Below are positions 29,001-37,744 of a stretch of DNA of 53,891 bases, piece after piece (position 1 is the first letter of the stretch; each line of letters begins with the position of its first letter). Under the pieces are notes generated by a model that searched no databases, was not told where the DNA came from, and saw only the letters and a program-made list of their open reading frames with translations. The translations under genes were made by a program, and so were the position numbers. Source of the stretch: a virus (lineage: Duplodnaviria; Caudoviricetes); IMG/VR virus record IMGVR_UViG_3300022844_000007, positions 1-53,891 of that record; one strand, written 5' to 3'.

Positions 29001-29454
29001 AACGGTTGCCAACATAGCATCAATGGCTGATATGTTTGATGACGCGGCGGGAAGCTATTTGTTGAGTTTCACAATTTCAGATTACGTGGCTGGAACCATG
29101 ACCTACGATGTGTTTGGCACTGCCGGAACTTCTAGGGGTGCAAACGGTACTTTCACAGAAACGTTGGTTTACGATCCAGCGGCAGGATCAGCCAGTACAA
29201 TACGAATGGATTTTACGGGGTCAGCAGACTTTGCAATCAGTGACCTAAGAATTAGAAAAGTTGGGACACCTTATTGGTTACCTAAAGGCTGGCAGATCGT
29301 TTCAGTATGCGAAGACGGATCAAAGGTACGGCCTGACACTAACGATCTAATCCGTGATGGTGCCATTGTGAGAAACGCCGAAGGCCAAGAGGGTTGGATG
29401 TCCACGGCTGATACATGGAACACCATCAGTATTGAAGCCATGGAGGTTGTGTAA
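26041..29454 (+). CDS. Tail fibre / receptor-binding protein
   Basis: 1137 aa; N-terminal coiled coil (AETNAET), then beta-rich domains including a LamG-like segment (LHHVVVI..SSTDIYVYIDG) and carbohydrate-binding-like modules (LVTNGADF...GWT). Confidence 0.8.
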   Translation: MTIETEVALLTTATTALTTEVQGQKTTLDANVAAAAADRVLAQTAATDAQTAETNAETAETNAETAQTAAELAEANAIAVVSGGTASITPTPGLIPLAAASGKIDMNWLTHVLPATTTTLAMTDGVAAGIYPAVQPGVPDAWRFNKAASWYNETRTTGRYLGEFANVTAAAGATGAAIADYYYNTTSKDYQELDNIGTPADTETLRAGSKEFPASIVVVTRSGNTRAFILDAKDGSMWMAFNESSNAFFRPNNEAIDYKNGLLVFGNNTAMGVVLVDFKSDDAVVKNVNASYPYVGRGVKDRNETSGSNVANPAHDALLSSNVVSVAIGDASKHYGFDEWGVPKQYIAAGTDSTNGISVIHPNGKVYDITGSANNVRDVTFNNYGELLSCALNREWLYVYAIPFRDISVSSYKRRQINLGNVSTSAETFPRVWLENAGADFIQTRSLDQKNITIEDDGKVITVVDEDIYGTSGNIGSDSPTSYIGYDSALTEQFVSPMVDRLVTAAIGMEVGTTSLVGSGDLVTNGADFTGASGTTPPTGWTTSTGAPEFSVSSGVLSFDRNGAAGTEADLTQTGLGLDSGDHYEVAVKIDGITDGSSITITLGADTAALTVSGAGVYKAQFFSDGTSTVSLRANQANAVLEVDYLRVYSITTDRSQLNINHAKINGTITRAKYGAGDVVMHSGASASTGVNDGAYWELGYDVFATDGVMFDGWVDFDSTLKYLLSNRPLDGSGNPIVTNTTAANNGSALWVATSNALTIRDDNGSTVAATGISTAPADGLHHVVVILSSTDIYVYIDGELDNVAASVTLTAPAAAITYVHPFDMALPRVGGIDRKATPDFYRWKYAKERRLFNSGAESTLQYTGNVVDVAVDEARKTYTVLQTDGFTTFDDDNIVAASGAVSDTAISISVHDGDAVILDGANLTTTVAAKDLVEHPVFKLKNTRVFEYDSLMAADQRIFGTAISQAPDGSGTTVGDTFVYSGSPAGTVANIASMADMFDDAAGSYLLSFTISDYVAGTMTYDVFGTAGTSRGANGTFTETLVYDPAAGSASTIRMDFTGSADFAISDLRIRKVGTPYWLPKGWQIVSVCEDGSKVRPDTNDLIRDGAIVRNAEGQEGWMSTADTWNTISIEAMEVV

Positions 29455-30074
29455 TGAGTATCGTAACAAGTGAAGATGGCATGACACTTAGCTACAACGG
29501 CAACAAGATACATAGCCACCACAGCAACAAGGCGTGGTCGAATGATCAGGTGCAACGTTCTGTCCAAGCAGTGATTAACTCACGTATGGATCAGCCTGCA
29601 CGAGAGAAGATCATCCGGCAGGGTGGAGACACTAAAACTGCAATGGATGCTTATTTTGACAGCTACGTTTCAGGCTTAAAGGCTACGCTAATGGCTGCTG
29701 CCGAACTGCACCGCGAGGCTCTGAGCTACGAGCGGATGTTAGGCCGTGAGGTCTATCTATCTGACAGACTCAACGGATACCCCGAGCAGGTCTCTGAAGA
29801 TTACATAGACGATGCCGGAGAGCCAGCAACACGGATGATTGATAACCCGTTGCGCGAAGGGTTTGAGGTTGGTCACGTGATGCTTGATGGCTTGCCATTA
29901 CAGATTGAAGTTAATGTCTACGATGACGCTGGCGAGGTTACAGGTACTGAGATGATTGATAACCCCGAGCGGATGAGGGTGACCGAGGAATACGCAACGG
30001 TAGTATCTGGGCTGTTCAAGACTGCGGCTAACGCTGAAGTGATGACAATTGTCGGTAACAGGAACGCGGGCTAA
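29454..30074 (+). CDS. Hypothetical protein, possible tail-fibre accessory
   Basis: Coupled to the fibre gene; two DDAGE..MIDNP repeats. Confidence 0.6.
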   Translation: MSIVTSEDGMTLSYNGNKIHSHHSNKAWSNDQVQRSVQAVINSRMDQPAREKIIRQGGDTKTAMDAYFDSYVSGLKATLMAAAELHREALSYERMLGREVYLSDRLNGYPEQVSEDYIDDAGEPATRMIDNPLREGFEVGHVMLDGLPLQIEVNVYDDAGEVTGTEMIDNPERMRVTEEYATVVSGLFKTAANAEVMTIVGNRNAG

Positions 30075-30496
30075 TGCCTGCCTTCACTTCCTACCGATCA
30101 GTGCGCGTTCGCAGTGAGTTACACCGCGAGTGCGTTGTAGTTGTCGATGAGGCTATCAAGCACATCGACTTCTCTCTGATCGATGGCGCGAGGACCACGG
30201 CCCAGCAGCAGACACACTTTGCTAACGGCACCTCGACACTTGACGGCGTCGTCAAGAAGTCTAAACATCAGGTGTATCCTGGCAAAGAGTTGTCGGATGC
30301 GTGGGATTTCATACCTGCGCCGTTCACAACGTGGGACGACCGCCCGATATTCACGGCCTACGCCCACTTCTTTATCGGCATAGGTTATGCGAAGGGTATC
30401 GAGCTACGGTGGGGCGGCGACTGGGATAGCGACTTCCGGTGGCGCGACCAATCATTCCACGATCTGCCTCACATGGAGCGAGTGCATAATGGTTAG
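30074..30496 (+). CDS. Endolysin, M15 family L-Ala-D-Glu peptidase
   Basis: GARTTAQQ, SKHQ....SDAWD, LRWGGDW, DLPHME motifs. Confidence 0.9.
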   Translation: MPAFTSYRSVRVRSELHRECVVVVDEAIKHIDFSLIDGARTTAQQQTHFANGTSTLDGVVKKSKHQVYPGKELSDAWDFIPAPFTTWDDRPIFTAYAHFFIGIGYAKGIELRWGGDWDSDFRWRDQSFHDLPHMERVHNG

Positions 30497-32171
30497 TGTA
30501 CAGCTACCAACATTCTCGGGTATTGCACCTAAGATCCAACGATCGAAGCTCGGTGAAACGATCGCCCAGACAGCACACAACTGCCTGCTGGACTCCGGTT
30601 CACTTGTGCCACTTGGCGCGTCGACCGACACAGCGATAAATATCACCAGCGGCACCGACACTCTCTACCGGCACGTGGCCCGTAACGGCACCGTGCGTTG
30701 GCTGCAGTTTGCTACGGACAACGTGCACGTGGTGGAGTCGCCTGTCGTCGCCAATGCGCTTGAGTCACTCTACTGGACACAACCAGATGAGGCGACCTCT
30801 TACCCACAAGTCTCGTGGGTGAGTCAGTTTACCGGCACGGCACCCGCAGTCACACTCAACGGTTTCAGACTACGCGTACCAGCGCCCACCGCTGCGCCAG
30901 CGATCAGTGTAGCCATTGCAGGTACAGTCGATCCCGATGCTATCTTAGAGGACGTCTCGTGGATCTACACGCTAGTGACAGGTGACGGACGAGAAGGGCC
31001 ACCGTCACCGGCCACGACGATACAGTCCGACATCCTCATGGGAAATGGCACTGACCTACACGCGTGTACCCTGACGCTGCCGACGACCTTTGGTGGGGCC
31101 AATACGACTTACACACTGAACAACTACGAAACCGGTGCGGTGATCCGCATCTATCGAACCAACACAGGCACCCAATCAACAGGATTCCAGTACGTGGGCG
31201 AAGCGGCAATTACCGCGGGCACCTACGTCGATGTGGTCCCGTCGAGCCAACTGGCCGAGGTGTTATCCACTACCGAATGGCAGGGGCCACCTGACGATCT
31301 TGAAGGTCTGACGGATATGGGTAACGGTATTCTGGCAGGGTTTGCTGACAACACGCTGTACTTCAGCGAACCTTATCTACCGCACGCATGGCCTACGGCG
31401 AACGCCGTGCCGATCGCGAGTGAGATCGTCGGTATCAAAGCCTCGCCACAAGGGCTGGTTGTGGGTACGGACGAGAACCCCTATATCGTGCAGGGCACCT
31501 CGCCCAATGCGATGCGACCCATCCGACTCACGTCGCGGCAATCCTGCGCCAGTCGGCGGTCGATGGTGGAGATGGAGGGGTATGTGATCTACGCGTCACC
31601 CGACGGTCTTATGGCAGTCGACGGTAACGACGTCATTAACCTGACCGAGGAGACACACGACCGTGCCGACTGGCAGCTGCTACAGCCAGCGCTGATGGTG
31701 GGGTTTTATTACGAGGGGCGGTACGTAGGATACAACGGGGATCTAGTGGATAGCATCATCGTCGATGTGCGCGGCGGTGCTAACGCATTCACCACGACCG
31801 ACCTGATCACCAGCGTGGGCTTCAGTGACATCACAACAGATATGCTGTACTTCAAGAACGCAACCAACGACCTAGTGACATTCAACACTGGCGCTTACGG
31901 GTCAATGACATGGATCAGTAAAGAGTTCGATATCGGTGTGGAAACGTCCATGTCATGCGGCCAGATATACGCCGATGGCACAGTGACGATGACACTGACG
32001 GGTGACGACATCGCCCAAGACACAAACCTTAGCATCACGTCAGCCGACCAGTTTCGGTTGTCAACGCCGCTTATCACGTACCGTATCATGGAAGTTAAGC
32101 TGGTTAGCAGTGACATCATCCACTGGTGCCGTCTCGCGACGTCGCCGAATGACATGATTGCAGGGAGTTAA
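30489..32171 (+). CDS. Tail nozzle / tail tubular B-like protein
   Basis: Start at ATG 30489 (FSGIAPK..AQTAHN); YTLVT..GREGPPSP, RIYRT, W.GPP, LYFSEPYLPHAWP, VIYASPDGL, W.SKEF motifs. Confidence 0.7.
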   Translation: MVSVQLPTFSGIAPKIQRSKLGETIAQTAHNCLLDSGSLVPLGASTDTAINITSGTDTLYRHVARNGTVRWLQFATDNVHVVESPVVANALESLYWTQPDEATSYPQVSWVSQFTGTAPAVTLNGFRLRVPAPTAAPAISVAIAGTVDPDAILEDVSWIYTLVTGDGREGPPSPATTIQSDILMGNGTDLHACTLTLPTTFGGANTTYTLNNYETGAVIRIYRTNTGTQSTGFQYVGEAAITAGTYVDVVPSSQLAEVLSTTEWQGPPDDLEGLTDMGNGILAGFADNTLYFSEPYLPHAWPTANAVPIASEIVGIKASPQGLVVGTDENPYIVQGTSPNAMRPIRLTSRQSCASRRSMVEMEGYVIYASPDGLMAVDGNDVINLTEETHDRADWQLLQPALMVGFYYEGRYVGYNGDLVDSIIVDVRGGANAFTTTDLITSVGFSDITTDMLYFKNATNDLVTFNTGAYGSMTWISKEFDIGVETSMSCGQIYADGTVTMTLTGDDIAQDTNLSITSADQFRLSTPLITYRIMEVKLVSSDIIHWCRLATSPNDMIAGS

Positions 32172-32173
32172 CT

Positions 32174-34324
32174 GTGGGATCAGAGACCCAACACCCAGCG
32201 TTATCCGTACAGGCTCAGAGCGAATACGACTCCAACACCCAGCAGCTTATCAGAGAGCTGCAGGAGTCGATGGATATCCTACTGGCACGTCGTGGTGACC
32301 CGCTCGATAAAGCAGTAACACTGCGCGACTTGGAAACAGCCGGCATCATCAGTGTGGCCGGCGGCAGTGGCACGTACATAGGTGCTATTACCATAGGCTC
32401 ATCGGTAGCAGGGTCAGGCACTGCGCTTACGCTGACGGTACAGTCACCCACAGCCCCCACTATTTCAGCGATCAATAACTCGATCGACAACAATTTCATT
32501 CGTTGGACGTACACCCCATTCAACGGCTACGCGTCCAGCAAAATCTATCGCTTCGCTACCGACTCTCCAGGAAGCGCGGTTGAGATCGGCTCGACCTACG
32601 GCACCACCTATTGGGACACGGTAGACACCAGCGTTCAGTATTGGTATTACGTGACCAGCGTCAACACCAATGGCGTTGAGTCAGCTAAGAGTAGCGGTGT
32701 GCAGTCGACGGTAGTGTTGTCACCTGCTGCCGTTGCTACTTATCTCACCGACCAGATCACCGAAAGCCAACTATTTTCTACGTTAGAAACACGTATCAAC
32801 CAAATCGACGGTACTGATATCTCAGGCGATGGTCTTGTCGGCGAGACGTTTATCAAGATCGTCGGTGGCGCTGGTGGCGATAAGATAGCAGGCATCGCAG
32901 CTTATGGCGGAGCGACATCTGACTTCATCATCGTTGCTGACAACTTTGCCGTTATCGACCCTGACTTTATTACCAGCGGTGCCACAGGTGAGATCCCCTT
33001 TCAGATGGGGACGGTTAACGGCGTTACTAAAATATCGATGAACGCCGCGACGTACATACAAGATGCCACGATAACTACGCTGCAGGTTAGCGGTGCCACG
33101 ATTACCAAAGCGCAGATCGGGGCAGGTGACATTTGGGATCTGACGATCGGCGACGTTATCCAATCTGACGCAGGTAATGGTTATGCTGGTAATCCAGGGT
33201 GGTCAATCAATAACAACGGTTCTATTCATGCGCGAGCTATTACTATCTATGATGCTGCTGGCAATGTTGTCCTAGATTCTAGTGGGCTAGGTGCTGTCGA
33301 GGCTGCGGCACAACAAACGGCAACACTAGCAGCAGCTGCGTGGAGTGATGTCTCAGGCACCACCAACGCCCCCGAAGATAATGCAGAAGTTAACGCCCTC
33401 GGCCTCAACGTCAAGATTAACTACTCGGGGTATACGACAGCCAATAACGGTGAGATGTACGTGCACGGGTACACTGACGGTGTCGCCTCGAATACAACGG
33501 GGCACATTTGGCTCGGCAGTGTAAAAACATCGGTAGCTGCGGGATCTATCTTCGGCAGCGGCAAGAGTGGGTGGATCATGCTGCGTACAACGGGGGTATT
33601 TGCCCACGGTGGCACCCGACAATCGCTGGCGGTAGTGAAAAATGACGGTGGCTCCTGGTTCTATGACAATAACAGCGCTTGGACGGCGTTCACGCCGGAC
33701 CAGACTTGTTGGGTCGTCGGCACTTGCTACGCGTCAGGGTCAGATGCCGGTGGTATTTACGCGGCCACATTGTGGCCAGCAGGCTATAGCTTCAATTCAG
33801 TGGGTGGTTTCGCCGACCTAGATAAGATCACAGCGTCGAATGCCCCGACATATATTGCTGACCTCGCTGTCGACACACTGCAGATTGCGAATGAAGCCGC
33901 TACAATTCCGTCGGGGTATACCAGTGGCGTTACTGCGTACCAGACGAATGGAGTTGAGCTTGCGGTTAGCACTGCAACACTTCAAGTTGACTACGGGGCG
34001 AGTGCGCCCTCAAAGGCGATATTAATCGCTTCTAGTTTAATGAGTTCTGTTGGCACAGGTGGTGATTGGGCAGCAGCAAATATGAAACTGCGGTATAACA
34101 CTACGAATAGCCTAACTATTTTGGGAAGCACTGTTGTCCAACAAGTCCAAGTTAACTCCAGAAAAGGAGCACCGCCTACGTTGGTGTGCCATGACACAAT
34201 TACCGGTTGGACAGGTAGTAGGTATTTTTTCCTGTCGACGACAGTAACGGGCGAATCTGTGAGCGCCACCGGATGGTGGAGATCGAGCGAGTCAACCATT
34301 AGTGTCATAGGGTCAAGAAAATGA
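32174..34324 (+). CDS. Tail tip/fibre protein with FN3-like and DUF1983-like regions
   Basis: RGDPLDKAVTLRDL N-terminus; YWYYVTSVN..GVES (FN3-like); FIIVADNFAVIDP...YIQDATIT. Confidence 0.75.
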   Translation: MGSETQHPALSVQAQSEYDSNTQQLIRELQESMDILLARRGDPLDKAVTLRDLETAGIISVAGGSGTYIGAITIGSSVAGSGTALTLTVQSPTAPTISAINNSIDNNFIRWTYTPFNGYASSKIYRFATDSPGSAVEIGSTYGTTYWDTVDTSVQYWYYVTSVNTNGVESAKSSGVQSTVVLSPAAVATYLTDQITESQLFSTLETRINQIDGTDISGDGLVGETFIKIVGGAGGDKIAGIAAYGGATSDFIIVADNFAVIDPDFITSGATGEIPFQMGTVNGVTKISMNAATYIQDATITTLQVSGATITKAQIGAGDIWDLTIGDVIQSDAGNGYAGNPGWSINNNGSIHARAITIYDAAGNVVLDSSGLGAVEAAAQQTATLAAAAWSDVSGTTNAPEDNAEVNALGLNVKINYSGYTTANNGEMYVHGYTDGVASNTTGHIWLGSVKTSVAAGSIFGSGKSGWIMLRTTGVFAHGGTRQSLAVVKNDGGSWFYDNNSAWTAFTPDQTCWVVGTCYASGSDAGGIYAATLWPAGYSFNSVGGFADLDKITASNAPTYIADLAVDTLQIANEAATIPSGYTSGVTAYQTNGVELAVSTATLQVDYGASAPSKAILIASSLMSSVGTGGDWAAANMKLRYNTTNSLTILGSTVVQQVQVNSRKGAPPTLVCHDTITGWTGSRYFFLSTTVTGESVSATGWWRSSESTISVIGSRK

Positions 34325-34716
34325 GTGCTATTACTTATGTGCTGTACGATGTAGATGGCACTGTTACGGGGGTCCTTAGTGGCTCCACTGAAACGATGGA
34401 CGAACCCACTGGGGCGTTCATCGAACACGTAGGTAGTGACATCATACGTCCTCGAACACACTACATCCTCGCAGGTGTAGTAACACCACGCGCCGCTCTC
34501 ACCGCCACGTGGGACACGCAAGTGGTAGTTGCCGACGGCATCGCTGTCGCCACACTGGCGACGTTACCGATATCCTGCACTGTCGTCGTCGATGGCACGC
34601 CAGTCGTTGTCAACGATGGCTCGTTTGAGTTTAGTGCTGACGCGCCAGGAGACTACACCATCAGCATAGATGAGGTCACGTACCTTGCCCAAGAATGGAT
34701 AGTGGAGGCCACATGA
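34321..34716 (+). CDS. Tail-associated hypothetical protein
   Basis: ATGA-coupled; beta-rich, LEFSADAPGDY-type motif. Confidence 0.6.
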   Translation: MSAITYVLYDVDGTVTGVLSGSTETMDEPTGAFIEHVGSDIIRPRTHYILAGVVTPRAALTATWDTQVVVADGIAVATLATLPISCTVVVDGTPVVVNDGSFEFSADAPGDYTISIDEVTYLAQEWIVEAT

Positions 34717-34895
34717 CAGCGTACACCGGTACTAAAACAGTAGAAGAGGCAGAGCGCAAACAACTTAGGCGTAACGCCATATTTAATGCTACCCCGCGGC
34801 AAATCGATAAGTACATCGACAACAACGTTACAGATCTCGCGAGTGCGAAGGAAGTACTTAAACTAATAGCGAAGATAGCCATATTGAAGCCGTAA
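34713..34895 (+). CDS. Hypothetical protein
   Basis: GGAGG RBS and ATGA overlap; YIDNNVTDLASAK motif. Confidence 0.6.
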   Translation: MTAYTGTKTVEEAERKQLRRNAIFNATPRQIDKYIDNNVTDLASAKEVLKLIAKIAILKP

Positions 34896-34920
34896 GTGCT
34901 TTAGGAGGAGTAGTAGGAAG

Positions 34921-35289
34921 ATGAGCGACATGGAAGTTCGGGTGGGGAAACTAGAAGGAGCAGTGAATGATTTGGGGGTGTCGATGCTAGTCGCAACGCG
35001 AGATATTAGACATACTTCTGAAGAAGCGCGAAGTAACGCAGCGAAACTAGATGCGTTACATACGCGTTTTGATGAGCAGCAGGCCGAGAACAACACGCGT
35101 AACGTCGAAGTTGCTGCCCAGCAGAACGCTATACAGGCGAACATGTTAAAAAAGGAAGACCTCACGGTCGAACTCGAAACAGCATTCAATTTTCATGTGG
35201 TAGGCGCACTCAAACGCATCATACAGATAGCGTTGGGTGTCGGCGTAACCGCGGTCATTGCGTGGGTTGTGAAACTATTCCAAGACTAG
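34921..35289 (+). CDS. Coiled-coil protein with C-terminal transmembrane helix (holin/XhlA-like)
   Basis: AGGAG RBS; RVGKLE N-terminus, coiled coil, IALGVGVTAVIAWVV tail. Confidence 0.6.
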   Translation: MSDMEVRVGKLEGAVNDLGVSMLVATRDIRHTSEEARSNAAKLDALHTRFDEQQAENNTRNVEVAAQQNAIQANMLKKEDLTVELETAFNFHVVGALKRIIQIALGVGVTAVIAWVVKLFQD

Positions 35290-35465
35290 GACACGGCATT
35301 CGGATCATCGATCAAATCCCCAATCCATGCGGATAGTTTTCGGGAGTTCACGTTGACGAATTCAATCTTTAGCGTTCTGAATATCTGGCTCGCATGCTTG
35401 CCGGATTTCGATAGCTGAATAACGCGCTCTTTCACTTCTCGTTCTACCGTAGTGGGATGTGACAT
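35286..35465 (-). CDS. Small HTH-like protein (59 aa; not in the ORF track)
   Basis: AGGAGG RBS; MSHPTTVEREVKERVIQLSKSGKHASQIFRTLKIEFVNVNSRKLSAWIGDLIDDPNAVS. Confidence 0.65.
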   Translation of the reverse strand: MSHPTTVEREVKERVIQLSKSGKHASQIFRTLKIEFVNVNSRKLSAWIGDLIDDPNAVS

Positions 35466-35498
35466 CAGTTTTTACCTCCTTCATAGCCTGCGCTGTTA

Positions 35499-35660
35499 TT
35501 ACTCATCTCCGCTGTCCTCGTCTGGGGGGGTGATCCTGTGCTTGACGATACTCATGCCTTCTCGATGTTTAATATCTTCCATCATCTTATCAAAGGCTTC
35601 GCCCATATTCTCTGCTTCATACTGTTCATATAGTGTCACGTAGGTGTCGTACTTTGGCAC
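35499..35660 (-). CDS. Small acidic protein (53 aa; not in the ORF track)
   Basis: AGGAG RBS, GTG start; MPKYDTYVTLYEQYEAENMGEAFDKMMEDIKHREG... Confidence 0.55.
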   Translation of the reverse strand: MPKYDTYVTLYEQYEAENMGEAFDKMMEDIKHREGMSIVKHRITPPDEDSGDE

Positions 35661-35791
35661 TGTGCGCTCCTCTCTCAGGGTGTATTTTTAGGGGATAGCC
35701 CCTCGGAAATTTTTCGGGGGGTGCTAGGAAACGCCCCTTAGTTAAGTTGTTGGAATCTCATCTAGGAGTGCCATGATTGTTACTTTCTTCA

Positions 35792-36184
35792 TTAGTACTG
35801 GGCCTCTGTTACATACTCGCCTAGCTCTGCTGCTAGGTCATAAATTTCAGTTAGGTTTATGAAGCGTTCCTCGCCTTCGTTATTAATAGCTACTGCGTGC
35901 CCATGCACATAACGTAGCTTCTCTGCGCCAGCTTCCATGAAGATAGCTACCCACCCATTTTTTAGAAATGGTGCTACTACTTGCGGAAAGTCGACCTCTT
36001 CGTCTGTTTCACAATTGTAAGATGGGAAGCATCCACTGTCGGGGTCATTGCCTAGTAGGCACACCATTTCAGTGCCGTGTTTTTCGCTTACTTCTACTCC
36101 ATAGTTAGACATCTCCTCTTTGAAGGCGTCCATGTTCTTTAGTTCGAAGTAGTTGGTTCTCGCCGATGCGTAATAATTAGCCAT
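35792..36184 (-). CDS. Phage hypothetical protein
   Basis: GAGGAG RBS; MANYYASARTNYF...EAGAEKLRYV. Confidence 0.75.
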   Translation of the reverse strand: MANYYASARTNYFELKNMDAFKEEMSNYGVEVSEKHGTEMVCLLGNDPDSGCFPSYNCETDEEVDFPQVVAPFLKNGWVAIFMEAGAEKLRYVHGHAVAINNEGEERFINLTEIYDLAAELGEYVTEAQY

Positions 36185-36822
36185 TAGTGCTCCTCAAAGC
36201 CGATGATGTAATCACGGTCTGCCTTATAGCAAAGCTGGCACGTGACACACTGAATGTTCTTGTTCCATTGGTTGGGGCACTGGACGATCTTCCGTCCAGC
36301 GGGTGTGCGCGTTACTTTTCCACTGCCAACATCTTGTACGCATACCACAGGGCCAATGCCGAGAGTGCTAAGTCGGTCAGCCATGCTACGAGTGTCGGCA
36401 CTAAGATTGATAGTAAAGCCCATTTTATTACTTGCATGAATAGCTCCTGCATTACTGGTTGCGTGCTCGTTATCGAGCACTGGTTTGTGTGAGTAGGTGA
36501 AACCGCGCTTGCCCTTGTTAGCTGACACTAATTGGTCGAGAGCGATGGGGTCGATGAACGCGCCTTTTCCTGGCAAGTCGCCGGCTTGGTTGTGTCGCCA
36601 TAGCTGACCGCGTGGTAGTTTGCGGATGGCGGCAACGAAGTCAGGCCACGTGAAGCCGCGTAACCCTGCGGTGACTTTCTTCCAGTGCCATAAGAGTGGC
36701 CCTTTCTTACCGTAGCAGAGGTCGAACATGCCACACAACGGTGGGCACGTGTCAGCGCTAGATGTCGACACCGGCATCGGGCCGGCCTTGGCGTTGCTAC
36801 TTATTCGTGTCAGATGGAACAT
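36184..36822 (-). CDS. Cys-rich gp88-like / radical-SAM-like phage protein
   Basis: SNAKAG, TCPPLC...CY, RHNQAGD, FTYSH, INLSAD, CP...CVTCQLC. Confidence 0.6.
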   Translation of the reverse strand: MFHLTRISSNAKAGPMPVSTSSADTCPPLCGMFDLCYGKKGPLLWHWKKVTAGLRGFTWPDFVAAIRKLPRGQLWRHNQAGDLPGKGAFIDPIALDQLVSANKGKRGFTYSHKPVLDNEHATSNAGAIHASNKMGFTINLSADTRSMADRLSTLGIGPVVCVQDVGSGKVTRTPAGRKIVQCPNQWNKNIQCVTCQLCYKADRDYIIGFEEH

Positions 36823-37204
36823 ATCGCTGTCCTGCTGTTTCTCTAATGATGGCTGCAACGACTGCCTTACTACTTAGTAGTGGGGGTATTTCAGAGCGCC
36901 CACCCCACTCGCAGTTCCGCATGATGATATGGCCGTCAGGTGAGCCGACGATGACCCAGACATTGCGCTCGTTGTTGTAGCGTGCTGTGAGCCAGTGGTT
37001 TTGTTGTTTGGTGATGTTGGGAATCACGAACCCGTTCTTGTTGAAGGACTGTGTGTACTTGTACTCGACCCATAGGTCAGCTTCGGGGGCGTCGTACCAG
37101 CAGTCGGCAATGCCACCTTCGCCTGGAATCTTCCAGATGTGTACCGGTGCATGTGTCCGTTTGATACGGCTGTGAATACTGCGGATGAAACCGTGTTCGT
37201 TCAT
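36797..37204 (-). CDS. VRR-NUC / Holliday-junction resolvase-like nuclease
   Basis: E..F, GIADCW, WVEYK, Q.HWL PD-(D/E)XK pattern. Confidence 0.7.
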   Translation of the reverse strand: MNEHGFIRSIHSRIKRTHAPVHIWKIPGEGGIADCWYDAPEADLWVEYKYTQSFNKNGFVIPNITKQQNHWLTARYNNERNVWVIVGSPDGHIIMRNCEWGGRSEIPPLLSSKAVVAAIIRETAGQRYVPSDTNK

Positions 37205-37410
37205 GGTGTGTGATCCCTCTGGTTTTTACGGTCCCACGTGATCACCATTAGTGATCCCTCGACAGGGAAGATCATCTTGCTGTGCCCTTCGGTAGGGAAG
37301 AAAACTGCGCGGCGGGTTTCGTGGCCGCTATGTTTGACGAGTTTCATGTACTCTGCCCTTTCGGTTTTGTTAGCAGGTCGTGGGCCTCTGATGTGGGCGC
37401 TGAATATCAT
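37201..37410 (-). CDS. Hypothetical protein
   Basis: GGAG RBS; ATGA coupling on both sides. Confidence 0.55.
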   Translation of the reverse strand: MIFSAHIRGPRPANKTERAEYMKLVKHSGHETRRAVFFPTEGHSKMIFPVEGSLMVITWDRKNQRDHTP

Positions 37411-37676
37411 GTTATCTCCGTTGCGAACACGTGCCATACGAAGTGTTTGTTTTGTACCGTCCCTACGTAGCTACCGAAGGGCGGTGACTCATAGCCGGTG
37501 CCAACGATTTGCAGGTGTACATCATGGCTGATGCGCTCTACTTGATCAGGCCCGAAGTCGGGGTTATCGACCCAGACACACATCTTATCGTTCTGGTACT
37601 GGACTGTGAGGATTTTGTATCCGTCTGCTAGTCGGAGGGTGGTGAGTTCACCGTACAGTATCTGTTTGATGATCAT
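37407..37676 (-). CDS. Phage hypothetical protein
   Basis: ILTVQYQ...CVW, IVGTG, YVGTVQ, FVWHVF motifs; GGGAG RBS. Confidence 0.65.
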   Translation of the reverse strand: MIIKQILYGELTTLRLADGYKILTVQYQNDKMCVWVDNPDFGPDQVERISHDVHLQIVGTGYESPPFGSYVGTVQNKHFVWHVFATEIT

Positions 37677-37690
37677 TACTATTGTCTCCC

Positions 37691-37727
37691 AATAAAAAAG
37701 CCCCCGATGCGTGAACACCGAGGGCTT
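37691..37727 (-). terminator. Rho-independent terminator downstream of the SSB gene
   Basis: Minus strand AAGCCCTCGGTG-TTCACG-CATCGGGGGCTT-TTTTATT, with G-U pairs consistent with this strand. Confidence 0.85.
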
Positions 37728-37744
37728 GGTTCTATCAGCCGCTC

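Noticed and set aside
30387-30488. N-terminal extension of the nozzle-like protein
   Set aside because: It overlaps the endolysin; GGAG RBS and family-like sequence begin at ATG 30489
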